In this document: in pieces, positions 10,401-19,741 of the stretch
How the letters are laid out: the number at the start of each line of letters is the position of its first letter
Numbering within the stretch: the stretch's first letter is position 1
Assembly: GCA_021513715.1 (NCBI GenBank)
Contig: CP084167.1
Span: 256,001 to 320,000, forward strand
Reading direction: 5' to 3'
Source of the DNA: Candidatus Heimdallarchaeum endolithica
GTDB taxonomy: Archaea > Asgardarchaeota > Heimdallarchaeia > Heimdallarchaeales > Heimdallarchaeaceae
DNA: 64,000 nt
Notes under the pieces: generated by a model
What the model saw: only the letters and a program-made list of their open reading frames with translations
Told to the model about the DNA's origin: nothing
Database searches by the model: none
Translations under genes and position numbers: made by a program

Positions 10401-11687
10401 AAGCGTCCACCAATAATTTCTCATGAAATAAGCAAAATCTGAGATATGTTTTATCTCGTAATATATGGGTTCTTCAGGAAGATCAAAATTAGAATCATTA
10501 GTTCTAATATATACTCCTAAAATATTAGTTTCATTATAATGACCCTTCTCGATGCTTTTTGAAGCATAAACAAGATAATAAGAAGAACCAAGGAAAGAAA
10601 TATCTAGAGAATATGGATAAAAGTCATTTTCAAATATTAAAGTCTTCTCGAATCTTGTAAATAATACATGTTCAGAATTATAAGATGAAACAAGAACTAA
10701 AATAGTAATTATTGATCCTTCAGAGTATCCACTGTAGTAAGCATATTCATAATCAATAAAAGTTGTATTTATCCATTTGCTTGATTGTTCAATAGAATAT
10801 TCATTCACATAATAAATATAAAAATCTACGGAAGAGTAGTCACTAAAACCAAAGGTCTCATTTTCATCAAAAGAGTAGTAAAAAACTTTACCTTCTTGGA
10901 TAGTTTGTATATAAAAATCATGGTCTAGTCCTTGAGTAATAATTGTTTCTGAATAACTATTAGGATATTCAACTACACTTGAATTGAAAATAACTCCATC
11001 TTTATTTATTCCTTGAAACAAAAGAAAAGATAAATATGAACTTTCGTTGTAGATATCGTCATAGTAATAATAGAATATTTTTTCATTCTGATAGATAAAA
11101 CCCTCAATTTTATACATAGAAACTTCAACATCATAACTTTCAGAGGACAAAACATTCCCATTAAAACTACAATTAAAACTACTTACTTCACTGGAATAGT
11201 AGGAAACGCTATATGCTGTAACTACTGTAAATTTCGATTCATCTTTAAATATATTAACCTTATAATTGGAAACTAATCCTCTTTTCGTTATTACTTTAAC
11301 GCCATGAGAACCATTGTTTATGAAATAGTAATAATAGTATAAAGTATCTCCTTTAGTAATATCATGATCTAAATAAAATAGTGCAACACCACCAGGAAAA
11401 CTCTTAGCTTTAAAAAAAGTTTCAAGATTGTTAGCGTTAGCATCAATGAGAATGGCTTTACCATTAAATATATGTATAATTTTATAATAATAATTATCAG
11501 AACGTCCAAGAAATACATGCATCTGATTATTTTCATCAAATACTGTTTCAACTATGTTTGTGTAAGTAGAATACTTTGTATACAAAATAGGAGCAGCTTG
11601 TTCATCAGCTTTTACATTGCTTATTGTCAAAAATAAAAAAGACATTATGATTAAAAGTAGGAACAGTTTTTTTCCTCTTATACTCAT
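7404..11687 (-). CDS. FtsX-family ABC permease (two FtsX modules) with extra N-terminal extracellular domain
   Basis: Signal peptide, ~400-aa beta-rich region, MacB-like periplasmic core (EGTLPKEKGEVIVS), QEIEILQSQG and ILRKLG coupling motifs; 4-bp overlap with the ATPase gene. Confidence 0.85.
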   Translation of the reverse strand: MSIRGKKLFLLLIIMSFLFLTISNVKADEQAAPILYTKYSTYTNIVETVFDENNQMHVFLGRSDNYYYKIIHIFNGKAILIDANANNLETFFKAKSFPGGVALFYLDHDITKGDTLYYYYYFINNGSHGVKVITKRGLVSNYKVNIFKDESKFTVVTAYSVSYYSSEVSSFNCSFNGNVLSSESYDVEVSMYKIEGFIYQNEKIFYYYYDDIYNESSYLSFLLFQGINKDGVIFNSSVVEYPNSYSETIITQGLDHDFYIQTIQEGKVFYYSFDENETFGFSDYSSVDFYIYYVNEYSIEQSSKWINTTFIDYEYAYYSGYSEGSIITILVLVSSYNSEHVLFTRFEKTLIFENDFYPYSLDISFLGSSYYLVYASKSIEKGHYNETNILGVYIRTNDSNFDLPEEPIYYEIKHISDFAYFMRNYWWTLLVIFSIIGGLYGIFHKRINKSIHKVKKFLLRPVVENVSTVRLIFINIWLFFYNTYSLVLSLWKVNKKRLIINIFGLSILAFVLINTSVLYNSEQATVLQKYFHNYDFGSNYDTSIDFTKSFIEQSESARNISLINENYTFLAAEDIMKTLKQKAPTYANLIVDYQITDSISIYTSNTTTGESTVQYFSINSSYNFVLRSLLVEGTLPKEKGEVIVSSEAAENLDLQVGEIIQFNSISDKGVFLNYDKINLTVSGIYSSIGYNTLSQLCKDNKLPFDPVRMLSYDMYSVISYNQFFLKNLENFSLGQLTLQGSIEFIYDFSSLDLETFDQLAEEYDSLTEARTHYFKFDPTGTWSISYELGYIIYSFKYDLITMRFLIYLITIPIVFIALFLLSEVNSIFASSFKQEIEILQSQGLSVGRITFIYSSMKFGESIVGTLFGLLGTFIFTPILLKVDKFLQFTNPIYLFTLKGSFVTIIVTFFALIIASLPRIIKLAKQSEKKQKEPKRFVTLIKRLRLHYFLVIIFGIAIALGGYYLVVLFSWIFEEELSSLIVIFVSLMGIGAMIAIFGVGLLIRELHNLLLIVLSKLSWKIKKSIRSFSLIEVRSDAKLFTNTFFSFLLIIAFVVPSIIVPLAIQDNFNDIAYFSSGADIYVSNWSLYNSTLKSNLTSYDEVISVANISVIESTYGELNFRFLVIDNITEFRSTIYDVPKYIIPNFNELLAQLEENDTMLVSKLFNKVFLSPDKFTFTSANETMNKEVKIGGEFTYFPIFFYGDRWLDDDVNIYYFDYFWYDFHIVLTNQTFTEIKDSLKTPALSLDRLLIKLKPNVNPIEFSEKIKRELNIDSQNAKEQADLVLFQAYPFYNVLTSMFVFMILMSIFAVAFISLSNPLKLLIQKASKNDILRKLGVRVNRIINISAFEIFVSSFIPGIIIGGFGAYGLYRFLKYIFIDFGWYSLPYKSYLFFPVIGVVVGIFGALYYIIFYFSMKVNFYKYRPRNLE

Positions 11688-11797
11688 AAAATTGATTTTC
11701 TAAAAGACATTTATAAATATATGCAAATTATTTTTTATTTATTCAAATAGAAAATTTGGGAATAGGTTTTGAATATTGAAAAATAAATAGAATTGAC

Positions 11798-12244
11798 TTA
11801 TTCTTCTACCTTCTGATTTGTTCTTTTCTCTTCCTGTTTTTTAAGTAGTTGTATCCAAAGAAGATTAAACAAATAACTTAGAGGCAAAATTGAAAAGCCA
11901 ACACTTAAGAAAAAGAAAATAGCTTGTATCCAACTCAGTAATGTACTTTCTAATGGGACATATAATGCTCCAACAAACCATGCAGGACCTGCAATCAAAC
12001 CTATCCAAAATAGATAGGGATTTTTTACCCATGATTTGTTAACTGATTTTAGTTCACTAATTAATAATTCCTCTTTTTCTTCATGAGATTGTTTTTCGGC
12101 AATCTTACTTTTACTCTTTTTGTCTTTTTCTATTTCTTTGTTTTTTGTTTTGCTTTCCTTATTTTCAGTGTTTTCATCACTTTTCTTTAAGTTGGAGTTC
12201 ATTAAAATTGAAAATAAGGTGAATAATAAAAATATATCGAACAA
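11798..12244 (-). CDS. Hypothetical membrane protein (true start possibly downstream at MNSNLKK)
   Basis: Charged N-terminal region followed by two TM helices. Confidence 0.6.
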   Translation of the reverse strand: MFDIFLLFTLFSILMNSNLKKSDENTENKESKTKNKEIEKDKKSKSKIAEKQSHEEKEELLISELKSVNKSWVKNPYLFWIGLIAGPAWFVGALYVPLESTLLSWIQAIFFFLSVGFSILPLSYLFNLLWIQLLKKQEEKRTNQKVEE

Positions 12245-12282
12245 ACAAACAATTTTATTTTTACTATAAAATAAGTTAGTTA

Positions 12283-12801
12283 ATGAAACTTCTTCCTAAA
12301 GATAAAGACGCATGGTCACATCATCCTAATTGTTCTCTTTTTGCTGATCATGTTTACACAATTAAAGGTTACAGAATCTGTAGAGGATGTACAAACTTTT
12401 ATTCAGGATTGGTTTTAGGGGTAGTTTTCTACATAATTTTTTCATTTTACAAAATTATAGATGTTCCTCTTTCTCTCTTAATTATAATTTTTACATTCAT
12501 TCCAACAACATTCTCAGTTTATTTAAAATTAAATAGAATAATTAAAGACATAGCACGTTTTTCTTTAGGTTTTTCTACTGCTTCTTCTATCTATATCATT
12601 TTTTCAGCTATCTATAATTCAATTGTTGATAGTTTATTATGGTATAGAGTGGTTATTCCAATAGCTGTAATATTCGCATTCTTTACTATTAAAAAAATAT
12701 TTACTTCAAAAAGATTTGATTACAATGCTAAAATATGTTTAAATTGCCCTCTTGAAGCCTGTGAACTTTTGACTAAAGACAATATTATTAAGCAGTCGTG
12801 A
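12283..12801 (+). CDS. Metal-binding membrane protein (DUF2085-like)
   Basis: SHHPNC, ICRGCT, four TM helices, CLNC..C at the C-terminus. Confidence 0.65.
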   Translation: MKLLPKDKDAWSHHPNCSLFADHVYTIKGYRICRGCTNFYSGLVLGVVFYIIFSFYKIIDVPLSLLIIIFTFIPTTFSVYLKLNRIIKDIARFSLGFSTASSIYIIFSAIYNSIVDSLLWYRVVIPIAVIFAFFTIKKIFTSKRFDYNAKICLNCPLEACELLTKDNIIKQS

Positions 12802-12810
12802 GAAGAGAAA

Positions 12811-13288
12811 ATGGAAAATTATACCAGATGATATTTTTATTTTAGACAAAAGTGGGATTCCTTACTACAGCAAATGTTTTGGTGGAAAGACTTGCAAAAT
12901 GAGACCTGATCATACTCTTCAAACTGGCTTTTTAGCTGCTCTATATGCTTATTCCAAAGAAAGTTTTGGACAACAGGAAATAAGAGAAGTAATTTTCACT
13001 GACTTAAAATTATTTTTTAAGACAGATGAGGAAAGAGGATTAATCATAGTTTTTACAGCTCCATTAGAAGAAGATAGAAACAAACTTTCACAACAATTAG
13101 ATATTACTTATGAACAATTTATTAAGAAATATGAAGGAGAAATTGGAAGAGGTTATTCTGACCCTGAAATTTTTGAATTTTTTGATAAAGATCTCCTTGA
13201 ATTAAAAATTATCGAAAAAGAACCAATTGGAAATATAAATTTCAAAACCAAAATTTCATTTTGGAGAAAACTCTTTAGAAGAAAATAA
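12811..13288 (+). CDS. Asgard-type longin/roadblock-like domain protein; N-terminus interrupted by an apparent extra A at 12815-12818 (track ORF 12899..13288)
   Basis: The frame stays open upstream of 12899 as IIPDDIFILDKSGIPYYSKCF, then LQTGFLAALYAYSKE. ATG at 12811 joins this frame if one A is removed. Confidence 0.7.
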
Positions 13289-13462
13289 AAATCTTTTTTT
13301 TCTCTTTTTACTAATTTTTTGCTTGTTATAGACCCTATCATTAGTGTTTCTGAAAATTCGCTCTTTTTTGTCTAGTATATAAACATTTTCTAAGAACAGT
13401 TTACTTGCTCAGAAAAGAACTGTTTAATCTAACTGATTATTACTACCAAAAACAATTGTTTA

Positions 13463-14539
13463 TTGGGAAAAATGAAAGTATTACTAACAGGGTCATTTGG
13501 TAATGTTGGGAAAAATGCTTTACTAGAACTCGTAGAAAAAGGGTATAAAGTTAGAGCTTTTGATATAAAAACTCAGAGAAATGTTGAAGTTGAAAGAAGA
13601 GTGTTTAGACAGCTTAAAAAAGAAGAAAAAGGTTTTGAAGTAATATGGGGTGACATCAGAGATAAAAAAATCGTAGAAAGAATAGTTCAAGGGGTTGACG
13701 TTATTGTTCATCTTGCAGCCATTATTCCTCCACTAGCTTATGAGAAACCTGATTTTGCTTTTTCTGTAAATGTTTTAGGATCAAAATCATTAATTGAATG
13801 CGCAGAAAAAGAACAAAAAAAGAACAATAAAGAGATACAATTCATTTATGCTTCTTCTATTGCTGTACATGGAAATAGAATGAAATACTCTCCACCTACA
13901 AAAGTTACAGACCCTTTAAAACCATTAAATTATGATAACTATGCAGCCCATAAAATAACAGTTGAAAATATTTTACGAGAAAGCAAGTTGAATTGGACAA
14001 TATTACGTTTTGGTGTAGTAACGCCTTTTGAGATTTCCTATAAGATTCCACCAATAATGTTTGAAATTCCTTTATCACAAAGAATTGAAGTCGTAGACAC
14101 TAGAGATGTTGGATTAGCATGTGCTAATGCAGTAAGAAACAAAGAAGCAATAGGTAAAATTTTCTTCATTGGAGGCGGAGATGGGAATAGGATGCTTCAG
14201 TGTGAATACATTAGAGGAATGCTTGGTGCTATGGGAATAGGAATGCTTCCTGAAGAAGCCTTCAAACCTATCAATTCTGAAGAAGATTATTATCATTGTG
14301 ATTGGATGGATACTGAAGAAGCACAAAGAGTTCTAAAGTTTCAGAGATTTAATTTTGAAGATTTCCTGAGAGAATTTAAGAGAAAAAGGATGCTTATAAG
14401 AACAATTATTATCCTATTTAGGCCAATAACGAGAGCAGTATTACTAAGTAAATCTCCTTATTATAATAAAGACAAAACGCTTAAACAACTTAAAACTAGG
14501 AAAAAAGTCAAAGATCAAAAAGTTACTGTTCCTTCATAA
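13463..14539 (+). CDS. NAD-dependent epimerase/dehydratase (extended SDR)
   Basis: TGSFGNVG, GDIRD, HLAA, YAAHK motifs. Confidence 0.9.
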   Translation: MGKMKVLLTGSFGNVGKNALLELVEKGYKVRAFDIKTQRNVEVERRVFRQLKKEEKGFEVIWGDIRDKKIVERIVQGVDVIVHLAAIIPPLAYEKPDFAFSVNVLGSKSLIECAEKEQKKNNKEIQFIYASSIAVHGNRMKYSPPTKVTDPLKPLNYDNYAAHKITVENILRESKLNWTILRFGVVTPFEISYKIPPIMFEIPLSQRIEVVDTRDVGLACANAVRNKEAIGKIFFIGGGDGNRMLQCEYIRGMLGAMGIGMLPEEAFKPINSEEDYYHCDWMDTEEAQRVLKFQRFNFEDFLREFKRKRMLIRTIIILFRPITRAVLLSKSPYYNKDKTLKQLKTRKKVKDQKVTVPS

Positions 14540-14641
14540 AATCTTCTTTTTCTTTATTTTTCTACTTATCAAAATATGTTCTTTCCTGAAAAATATTTAC
14601 ATTCAAAAACAAAGGAAGCCTATTTCTAGTTAAATATATAA

Positions 14642-15265
14642 ATGTTTAAACACATAATATTATTCATGTTACGTTCAAACTCTTTTTACAGAAAGTTTTT
14701 GGATATTTCAGTCTATATTTTTCTAATAGGAGCTTTCGTAATATATATGCAAAAGTGTAATACAGGATTTTCTGATTTAATCCTTATGTTAGGAGGAATT
14801 TTTCTAGTCACATCCATAGTTTTTTCAGTAGTTGGAATTAAGCTAACTAAAGGTAGTGCTAAAGTTATTACTGTAATATTTGAAAGTTTGTACATTACCC
14901 TTAGTGTTGGAGGAGCTTTTTTACTAGTTTACTTACCGATTTCAATAATTTCATTAATGACAGGACATGCAACAATAGCAACATACATTATTTTCTATAC
15001 AGTAATGGTATTGTATCCTACAATTCACTTATTAAACACAATAAACATAATCGCTAAAGAGCATAACCTGTCATTGTTTGAATATATAAGGTATTTATTT
15101 AGCAAAAATAAGAAAGAATACAAAGAAAGAACATTATTACAAAATAGTCAAAGAATTAACTATCTTTATGAGAATTTAGAAAAATTAAAAGCAAATTATC
15201 AAAAAAGAGTGAGCAGAGTTTTAACAGTAGAAGATATTCTTTCTGGAAACAATAAAAATAACTAA
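14642..15265 (+). CDS. Hypothetical four-TM membrane protein
   Basis: Four hydrophobic helices and a soluble C-terminus. Confidence 0.65.
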   Translation: MFKHIILFMLRSNSFYRKFLDISVYIFLIGAFVIYMQKCNTGFSDLILMLGGIFLVTSIVFSVVGIKLTKGSAKVITVIFESLYITLSVGGAFLLVYLPISIISLMTGHATIATYIIFYTVMVLYPTIHLLNTINIIAKEHNLSLFEYIRYLFSKNKKEYKERTLLQNSQRINYLYENLEKLKANYQKRVSRVLTVEDILSGNNKNN

Positions 15266-15705
15266 AATTGTTCTTCTTTCGATTTTTTGTCTTTTCTCAC
15301 TCTTATCAGAAATACAGTTAGTGAACTTATCTGAAGAATAACAGTTATTGCAAGAGTTCCCCATTTAATTAAATCAGTAACAGGAAAATTCACTTTTCCG
15401 AAAAACATTAAGAAAACAGCTATAGGTAAATAGAAAATAGCAATAACTAAAATAGGAATTCCAAACAGTGTATAGAGAATCTCGTTTCCCCAATAAGAAA
15501 TAGATAAACCAACTTTAGATTCAGTAAATATCTTGATTATTTTTGAGATTACATAACCAAAGACTATAGTTCCAATAAAAAGTAAAAGGGCAAACCTAAC
15601 TAAAGTTCCTCCAATAATATATAAAATTAGAAATATTATTGACAGTAGTGCGAATAAAATATAGTCTTCTATTTTTTCTTGGTTGGAACGTGGTTCTAAA
15701 GTCAT
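15262..15705 (-). CDS. Hypothetical four-TM membrane protein
   Basis: Four hydrophobic helices; convergent 4-bp stop overlap with its neighbour. Confidence 0.65.
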   Translation of the reverse strand: MTLEPRSNQEKIEDYILFALLSIIFLILYIIGGTLVRFALLLFIGTIVFGYVISKIIKIFTESKVGLSISYWGNEILYTLFGIPILVIAIFYLPIAVFLMFFGKVNFPVTDLIKWGTLAITVILQISSLTVFLIRVRKDKKSKEEQF

Positions 15706-15832
15706 AATTTGATAATTGTTAAGATATTTATATTATTATTTCTCATTGGCAACCTTAATGTATGAAAAAATGTTAAAAATCAAGTTGATAAACACTTTTT
15801 CTTAATATTTATTTAAAAAAAAGAAAAGAAGA

Positions 15833-17749
15833 TCAAGAGTTCTTTTTCTTTGAATTTAAACTGAAACGAGCTGGTTTTTTCTTTTGCTTTATTGGATTTT
15901 CTACTATTTCAGGTTCCAATTCTTCAATATTAATATCCACTTTTTCTAGCCCTTGATAGGCATAATAAGTTGTATAGAGGTCTTGATATATTCCCTTCTT
16001 TTCCATCAATTCTTCATGGGTTCCTACTTCCACAAGCTTTCCATGATCAAGTACAATTATTCTGTCAGCATCTTTAATTGTCGATAACCGATGAGCAATC
16101 ACAAAAGTTGTTCTCCCCTTAAATAGTTCCATTTGTGCAGCTTGAACTAAAGATTCTGTATAAGCATCTAGTCTACTTGTTGCTTCATCTAAAACAAGTA
16201 TTCTAGGATTAGCCAACATTGTTCTTGCAATTGTGATTATTTGTTTTTGACCAGAAGATAGTCTTTTTCCCCCTTCTACTATTTTTGTATTATAACCATG
16301 TTGTAAAGCTTCTATAAATTCATCAGCATTTATTCTTTCACAGATACTACGTACTTCTTCTTCTGTAGCATCAGGTTTTCCATAAACGATATTTTCATAT
16401 ACTGTACCAGAGAATAGAAAAGGTTCTTGACTAACAAGCCCTATTGCCTGTCGTAAAGAGGATTGTGTTACTTCCTTAATGTTTTGATCACCTATACATA
16501 TCTCACCTTCTGTTACATCATAGAAACGAGGAAGTAAATAGGAAAATAGAGTAGTTTTTCCTGCTCCAGTATGTCCCACTACAGCTATTAATTCTCCTGG
16601 TTTAGCTGAAAAATTTATATTTTTTAACACATAATTTCTTTCTTTATATGCAAAACTAACATTCTTAAAATGAACACTATCATCTTCTTCTTGGAGAGGT
16701 TTTGCATCAAGAGCGTCAGAAATAGCTGGCTTAGCATCAAAAATATCTATTATTCTATCCATAGCACCAAAAGCTGATTCTAACTGTGGGAAGGACATTG
16801 CTAACATTACTATCGGAAAGAGAAACTGTTGTGATAAATTGATTGACAAATAGATATCTCCTAAACTTATTACATCTGTCGTTTTGTTCAACCACCCACT
16901 AGTATAGATTATTAATGTAAATAAAGCATAACTCAAAGCATTAATCGATGGCATAACAAACATCATAAGAAATCCGAATTGCTTTGAGTAATTATAGTGT
17001 TGTTGATTTAACTCTCTCAATTCTGTAGCTAGTTCTTCTTCTCTATTAAATGACTTGGCTACTGCTATTCCACTTAATCCCTCTGCCATCTTTCCTGAAA
17101 CATAACCAAAAGCTCTTCTTACACGTAAAACTATTTTTCTACCAAAAAAACTTAGAACTGAACTTATTCCAAAAGCTATAGGAACTGCAGCTATAGAAAT
17201 CAAAGCAATAACCCAATTTGTAACCAATAATAAAACAAAGGAACCTATAATCAATAATAACTGTGCAACTATTGAAGTAGATATTTGTATTCCTGTTGCC
17301 AATTCCCCAGTATCTGAGGTTACTCTTGCTGTTATATTTCCTGATTGTTCATTTTTGATATAAGACATGTCAGAGTAACTTAGTTTTCTATAAAGATCTG
17401 TTCTTACTTCATGAAGCATCTTTGAATTTATTTTAGTAAGAATAATTGTGGATATACTGTTAATTATCCAACCTAAAATAACTAACACAAAGAAAGAGAT
17501 GATCACAGGCATTAATATCTTCATAGTAGCATTTTCTTCTGTAGCTCTATCTATACCTGTTTTTAGAATCAAAGGAGTAACTAATGAGAATAAAGAATAA
17601 ACAATAATCAAAGAAGCTGCGAAAATAATAGACCAAATATAGTTTTTCAGATATTTCCATAAACTGCCTAATAGAACTCTAGTAGAACGTGCTCGCTTAT
17701 GTTTTTCTAATCCAAGAGCTCTTCCAGGCCCTCTATGTCCATGTCCCAT
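15833..17749 (-). CDS. ABC exporter half-transporter (TMD+NBD), consensus-site subunit
   Basis: Six TM helices, GHTGAGKT, LSSGQKQ, LDEAT, IAHRL. Confidence 0.93.
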   Translation of the reverse strand: MGHGHRGPGRALGLEKHKRARSTRVLLGSLWKYLKNYIWSIIFAASLIIVYSLFSLVTPLILKTGIDRATEENATMKILMPVIISFFVLVILGWIINSISTIILTKINSKMLHEVRTDLYRKLSYSDMSYIKNEQSGNITARVTSDTGELATGIQISTSIVAQLLLIIGSFVLLLVTNWVIALISIAAVPIAFGISSVLSFFGRKIVLRVRRAFGYVSGKMAEGLSGIAVAKSFNREEELATELRELNQQHYNYSKQFGFLMMFVMPSINALSYALFTLIIYTSGWLNKTTDVISLGDIYLSINLSQQFLFPIVMLAMSFPQLESAFGAMDRIIDIFDAKPAISDALDAKPLQEEDDSVHFKNVSFAYKERNYVLKNINFSAKPGELIAVVGHTGAGKTTLFSYLLPRFYDVTEGEICIGDQNIKEVTQSSLRQAIGLVSQEPFLFSGTVYENIVYGKPDATEEEVRSICERINADEFIEALQHGYNTKIVEGGKRLSSGQKQIITIARTMLANPRILVLDEATSRLDAYTESLVQAAQMELFKGRTTFVIAHRLSTIKDADRIIVLDHGKLVEVGTHEELMEKKGIYQDLYTTYYAYQGLEKVDINIEELEPEIVENPIKQKKKPARFSLNSKKKNS

Positions 17750-19587
17750 TATTTTCCACCTCCCACGCTTTCAGCAACTGAAGGTTCTAAACCTTCATTA
17801 ATAGGTAAGTGCTTACACATAAATTGATACTCCTCGCAACGTGATAAAAGCTCTTCATGAGTTCCTATATCTACTACTTTTCCTTTTTTCATCAAGATAA
17901 TCATATCAGCTTCTACTAAAGTCGTTAATCTTTGGGTAACCACAATACTTGTTCTTCCTTTCATTAGTTCTTCCATTGCGTAACGCAATCTCAACTCTGT
18001 TTTTATATCTACAGCGCTTGTACTATCATCTAAAAGCAAAAGTTTAGGGTCAGAGAGTAATGCTCTAGCAATAGCTATTCTTTGTCTTTGTCCTCCACTT
18101 AAAGTCACTCCTCTTTCACCTATAACAGTATCATACTTCTGAGGTAAAGATTCAATAAACTGCGCAATTTGAGCTCGTTCTGCTGCAATTTTTATTTCTT
18201 CTTCTGTAGCATTTTGTTTAGAAAAAGAGATATTAGCTTTAATTGTATCAGAAAAGAGAAAAATCTCTTGTTCAACTAATGTTACATGCTGCCTAATATA
18301 TTTAGTATGCATTTGATTTAATGGAGTACCATTTACAAATATTGTCCCTTCGTTTGGGTCATACAAACGTAAAAGAAGTTTGAGGATAGTAGATTTACCA
18401 GAACCAGGACCGCCAATTAAAGCTACACGTGCCCCTGCTGGAATATTAAATGAAACACCAATTAGAGAATATTTTTTCGTACCAGGATAGGCAAAGTTAA
18501 CATTTCTAAATTCAATTCCTTTATTCCAATTTCCAGTAAGTGGGTCTGAAGGTTCTATCAAAGGGTCTTGAAAAGAAATCTTATCCCACAATCTTTTTGC
18601 ATTTTGTATTCCCCCCTGAAGCATTATTAATCTCGCAGGTATCATGAAATTTTGTCTATTTAGAGACATCAGCAAAGCCAGAATTGTAACCAATGTCCCA
18701 ATTGTAAAATACTTATTAACCACCATCCATGAACCATAAGCGAAAGCTCCAGCAGTAAATACAACAGTAATTAGTGCAGGCCAATAAAAGGCACTTAAAT
18801 ATCCTTCTTTCTTCATATCTTCTGCATATCGATAACTTACATGCTCAAACTTTGCTATCTCGTTCTCTTCATTATCAAAAGAACGAACAGTGTCTATACC
18901 TTTAAACATCTCTTGACTTAACGAAGACAGTTCACTCAGATCAGTTGCTAATTTTTTCCTTATTGGACCTACTTTACCTGCATAAATCCAAGCTATTACA
19001 AAATAAATAATAAAAGCAATAGAAATTGATATTCCAATATAGAAATCTGCCCTCCATAAGAAAAAAATAGAAATAATTATTCCTACAACAGAACTCAACA
19101 ACATTCTCAAAGCAGGATTAAAAGCCATTCTAATGCTATTTATTTCATTCATACCCATACTAAGAATAACTCCACTATCATTAATATCAAAAAAAGCCAT
19201 TGAATGCTGTTGAATAACTTCATAAAATTCTTGACGCATATCTCTTTGAATTCTAAATGAAGCAATTGCCCAAACATAAACACTCAGAGATTGAGAGATC
19301 CAGCTTAAAAGAACAAAAATAAGCATTAAGAAAATAGTTTTATTAAAGTTTACTGAAAAACCTTCTTCATGCAAATAGTCAAAAGCTGTCCCTATAAGAG
19401 CAGTTGTGTTTACTGATAAATATGTACTAACAATAAGTAAAAGAAAACCTGCCAAATAATGAAAAGGATAACGTAAAAGTGCTGACCAAAACCATTTATT
19501 AGCATTTTTATATTTTTTTATTATTAGAGCTTGTTTATCTATGTATTCTGATTTTGAATAAACTGAACTTGTCTTCTTCACAAACAT
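17749..19587 (-). CDS. ABC exporter half-transporter (TMD+NBD), degenerate-site subunit (TM287-like)
   Basis: GGPGSGKS, LSGGQRQR, LDDST (E to D) and VTQRL (H to Q); 1-bp overlap with its partner. Confidence 0.93.
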   Translation of the reverse strand: MFVKKTSSVYSKSEYIDKQALIIKKYKNANKWFWSALLRYPFHYLAGFLLLIVSTYLSVNTTALIGTAFDYLHEEGFSVNFNKTIFLMLIFVLLSWISQSLSVYVWAIASFRIQRDMRQEFYEVIQQHSMAFFDINDSGVILSMGMNEINSIRMAFNPALRMLLSSVVGIIISIFFLWRADFYIGISISIAFIIYFVIAWIYAGKVGPIRKKLATDLSELSSLSQEMFKGIDTVRSFDNEENEIAKFEHVSYRYAEDMKKEGYLSAFYWPALITVVFTAGAFAYGSWMVVNKYFTIGTLVTILALLMSLNRQNFMIPARLIMLQGGIQNAKRLWDKISFQDPLIEPSDPLTGNWNKGIEFRNVNFAYPGTKKYSLIGVSFNIPAGARVALIGGPGSGKSTILKLLLRLYDPNEGTIFVNGTPLNQMHTKYIRQHVTLVEQEIFLFSDTIKANISFSKQNATEEEIKIAAERAQIAQFIESLPQKYDTVIGERGVTLSGGQRQRIAIARALLSDPKLLLLDDSTSAVDIKTELRLRYAMEELMKGRTSIVVTQRLTTLVEADMIILMKKGKVVDIGTHEELLSRCEEYQFMCKHLPINEGLEPSVAESVGGGK

Positions 19588-19608
19588 AATAAATACCTTT
19601 AAGCCTTA

Positions 19609-19632
19609 TCATACACGTCATACATGTTATAC
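19609..19632. promoter_or_regulatory. Putative operator: three T(C/T)ATAC boxes at 9-bp period, in front of the ABC exporter operon
   Basis: tcatac 19609, tcatac 19618, ttatac 19627, lying between the TATA-like tttaaa (19633) and the ATG at 19587. Confidence 0.65.
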
Positions 19633-19711
19633 TTTAAAAATATTTCTTTATACAAATCTTATTCCTTCAATAAAGCCATACAAGCAGTTAAAAAAGATAG
19701 AAACATTTATA

Positions 19712-19735
19712 TCATACAAATCATACTGCTCATAT
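19712..19735. promoter_or_regulatory. Putative operator: three TCATA(C/T) boxes at 9-bp period, in front of the regulator gene
   Basis: tcatac 19712, tcatac 19721, tcatat 19730, directly after the TATA-like tttata (19706) and before the ATG at 19742. Confidence 0.65.
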
Positions 19736-19741
19736 GATAAT

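Noticed and set aside
13390-13462. Inverted repeat aacagtt..aactgtt and palindrome aaacaattgttt upstream of the epimerase
   Set aside because: Short and AT-rich; could arise by chance at this base composition.
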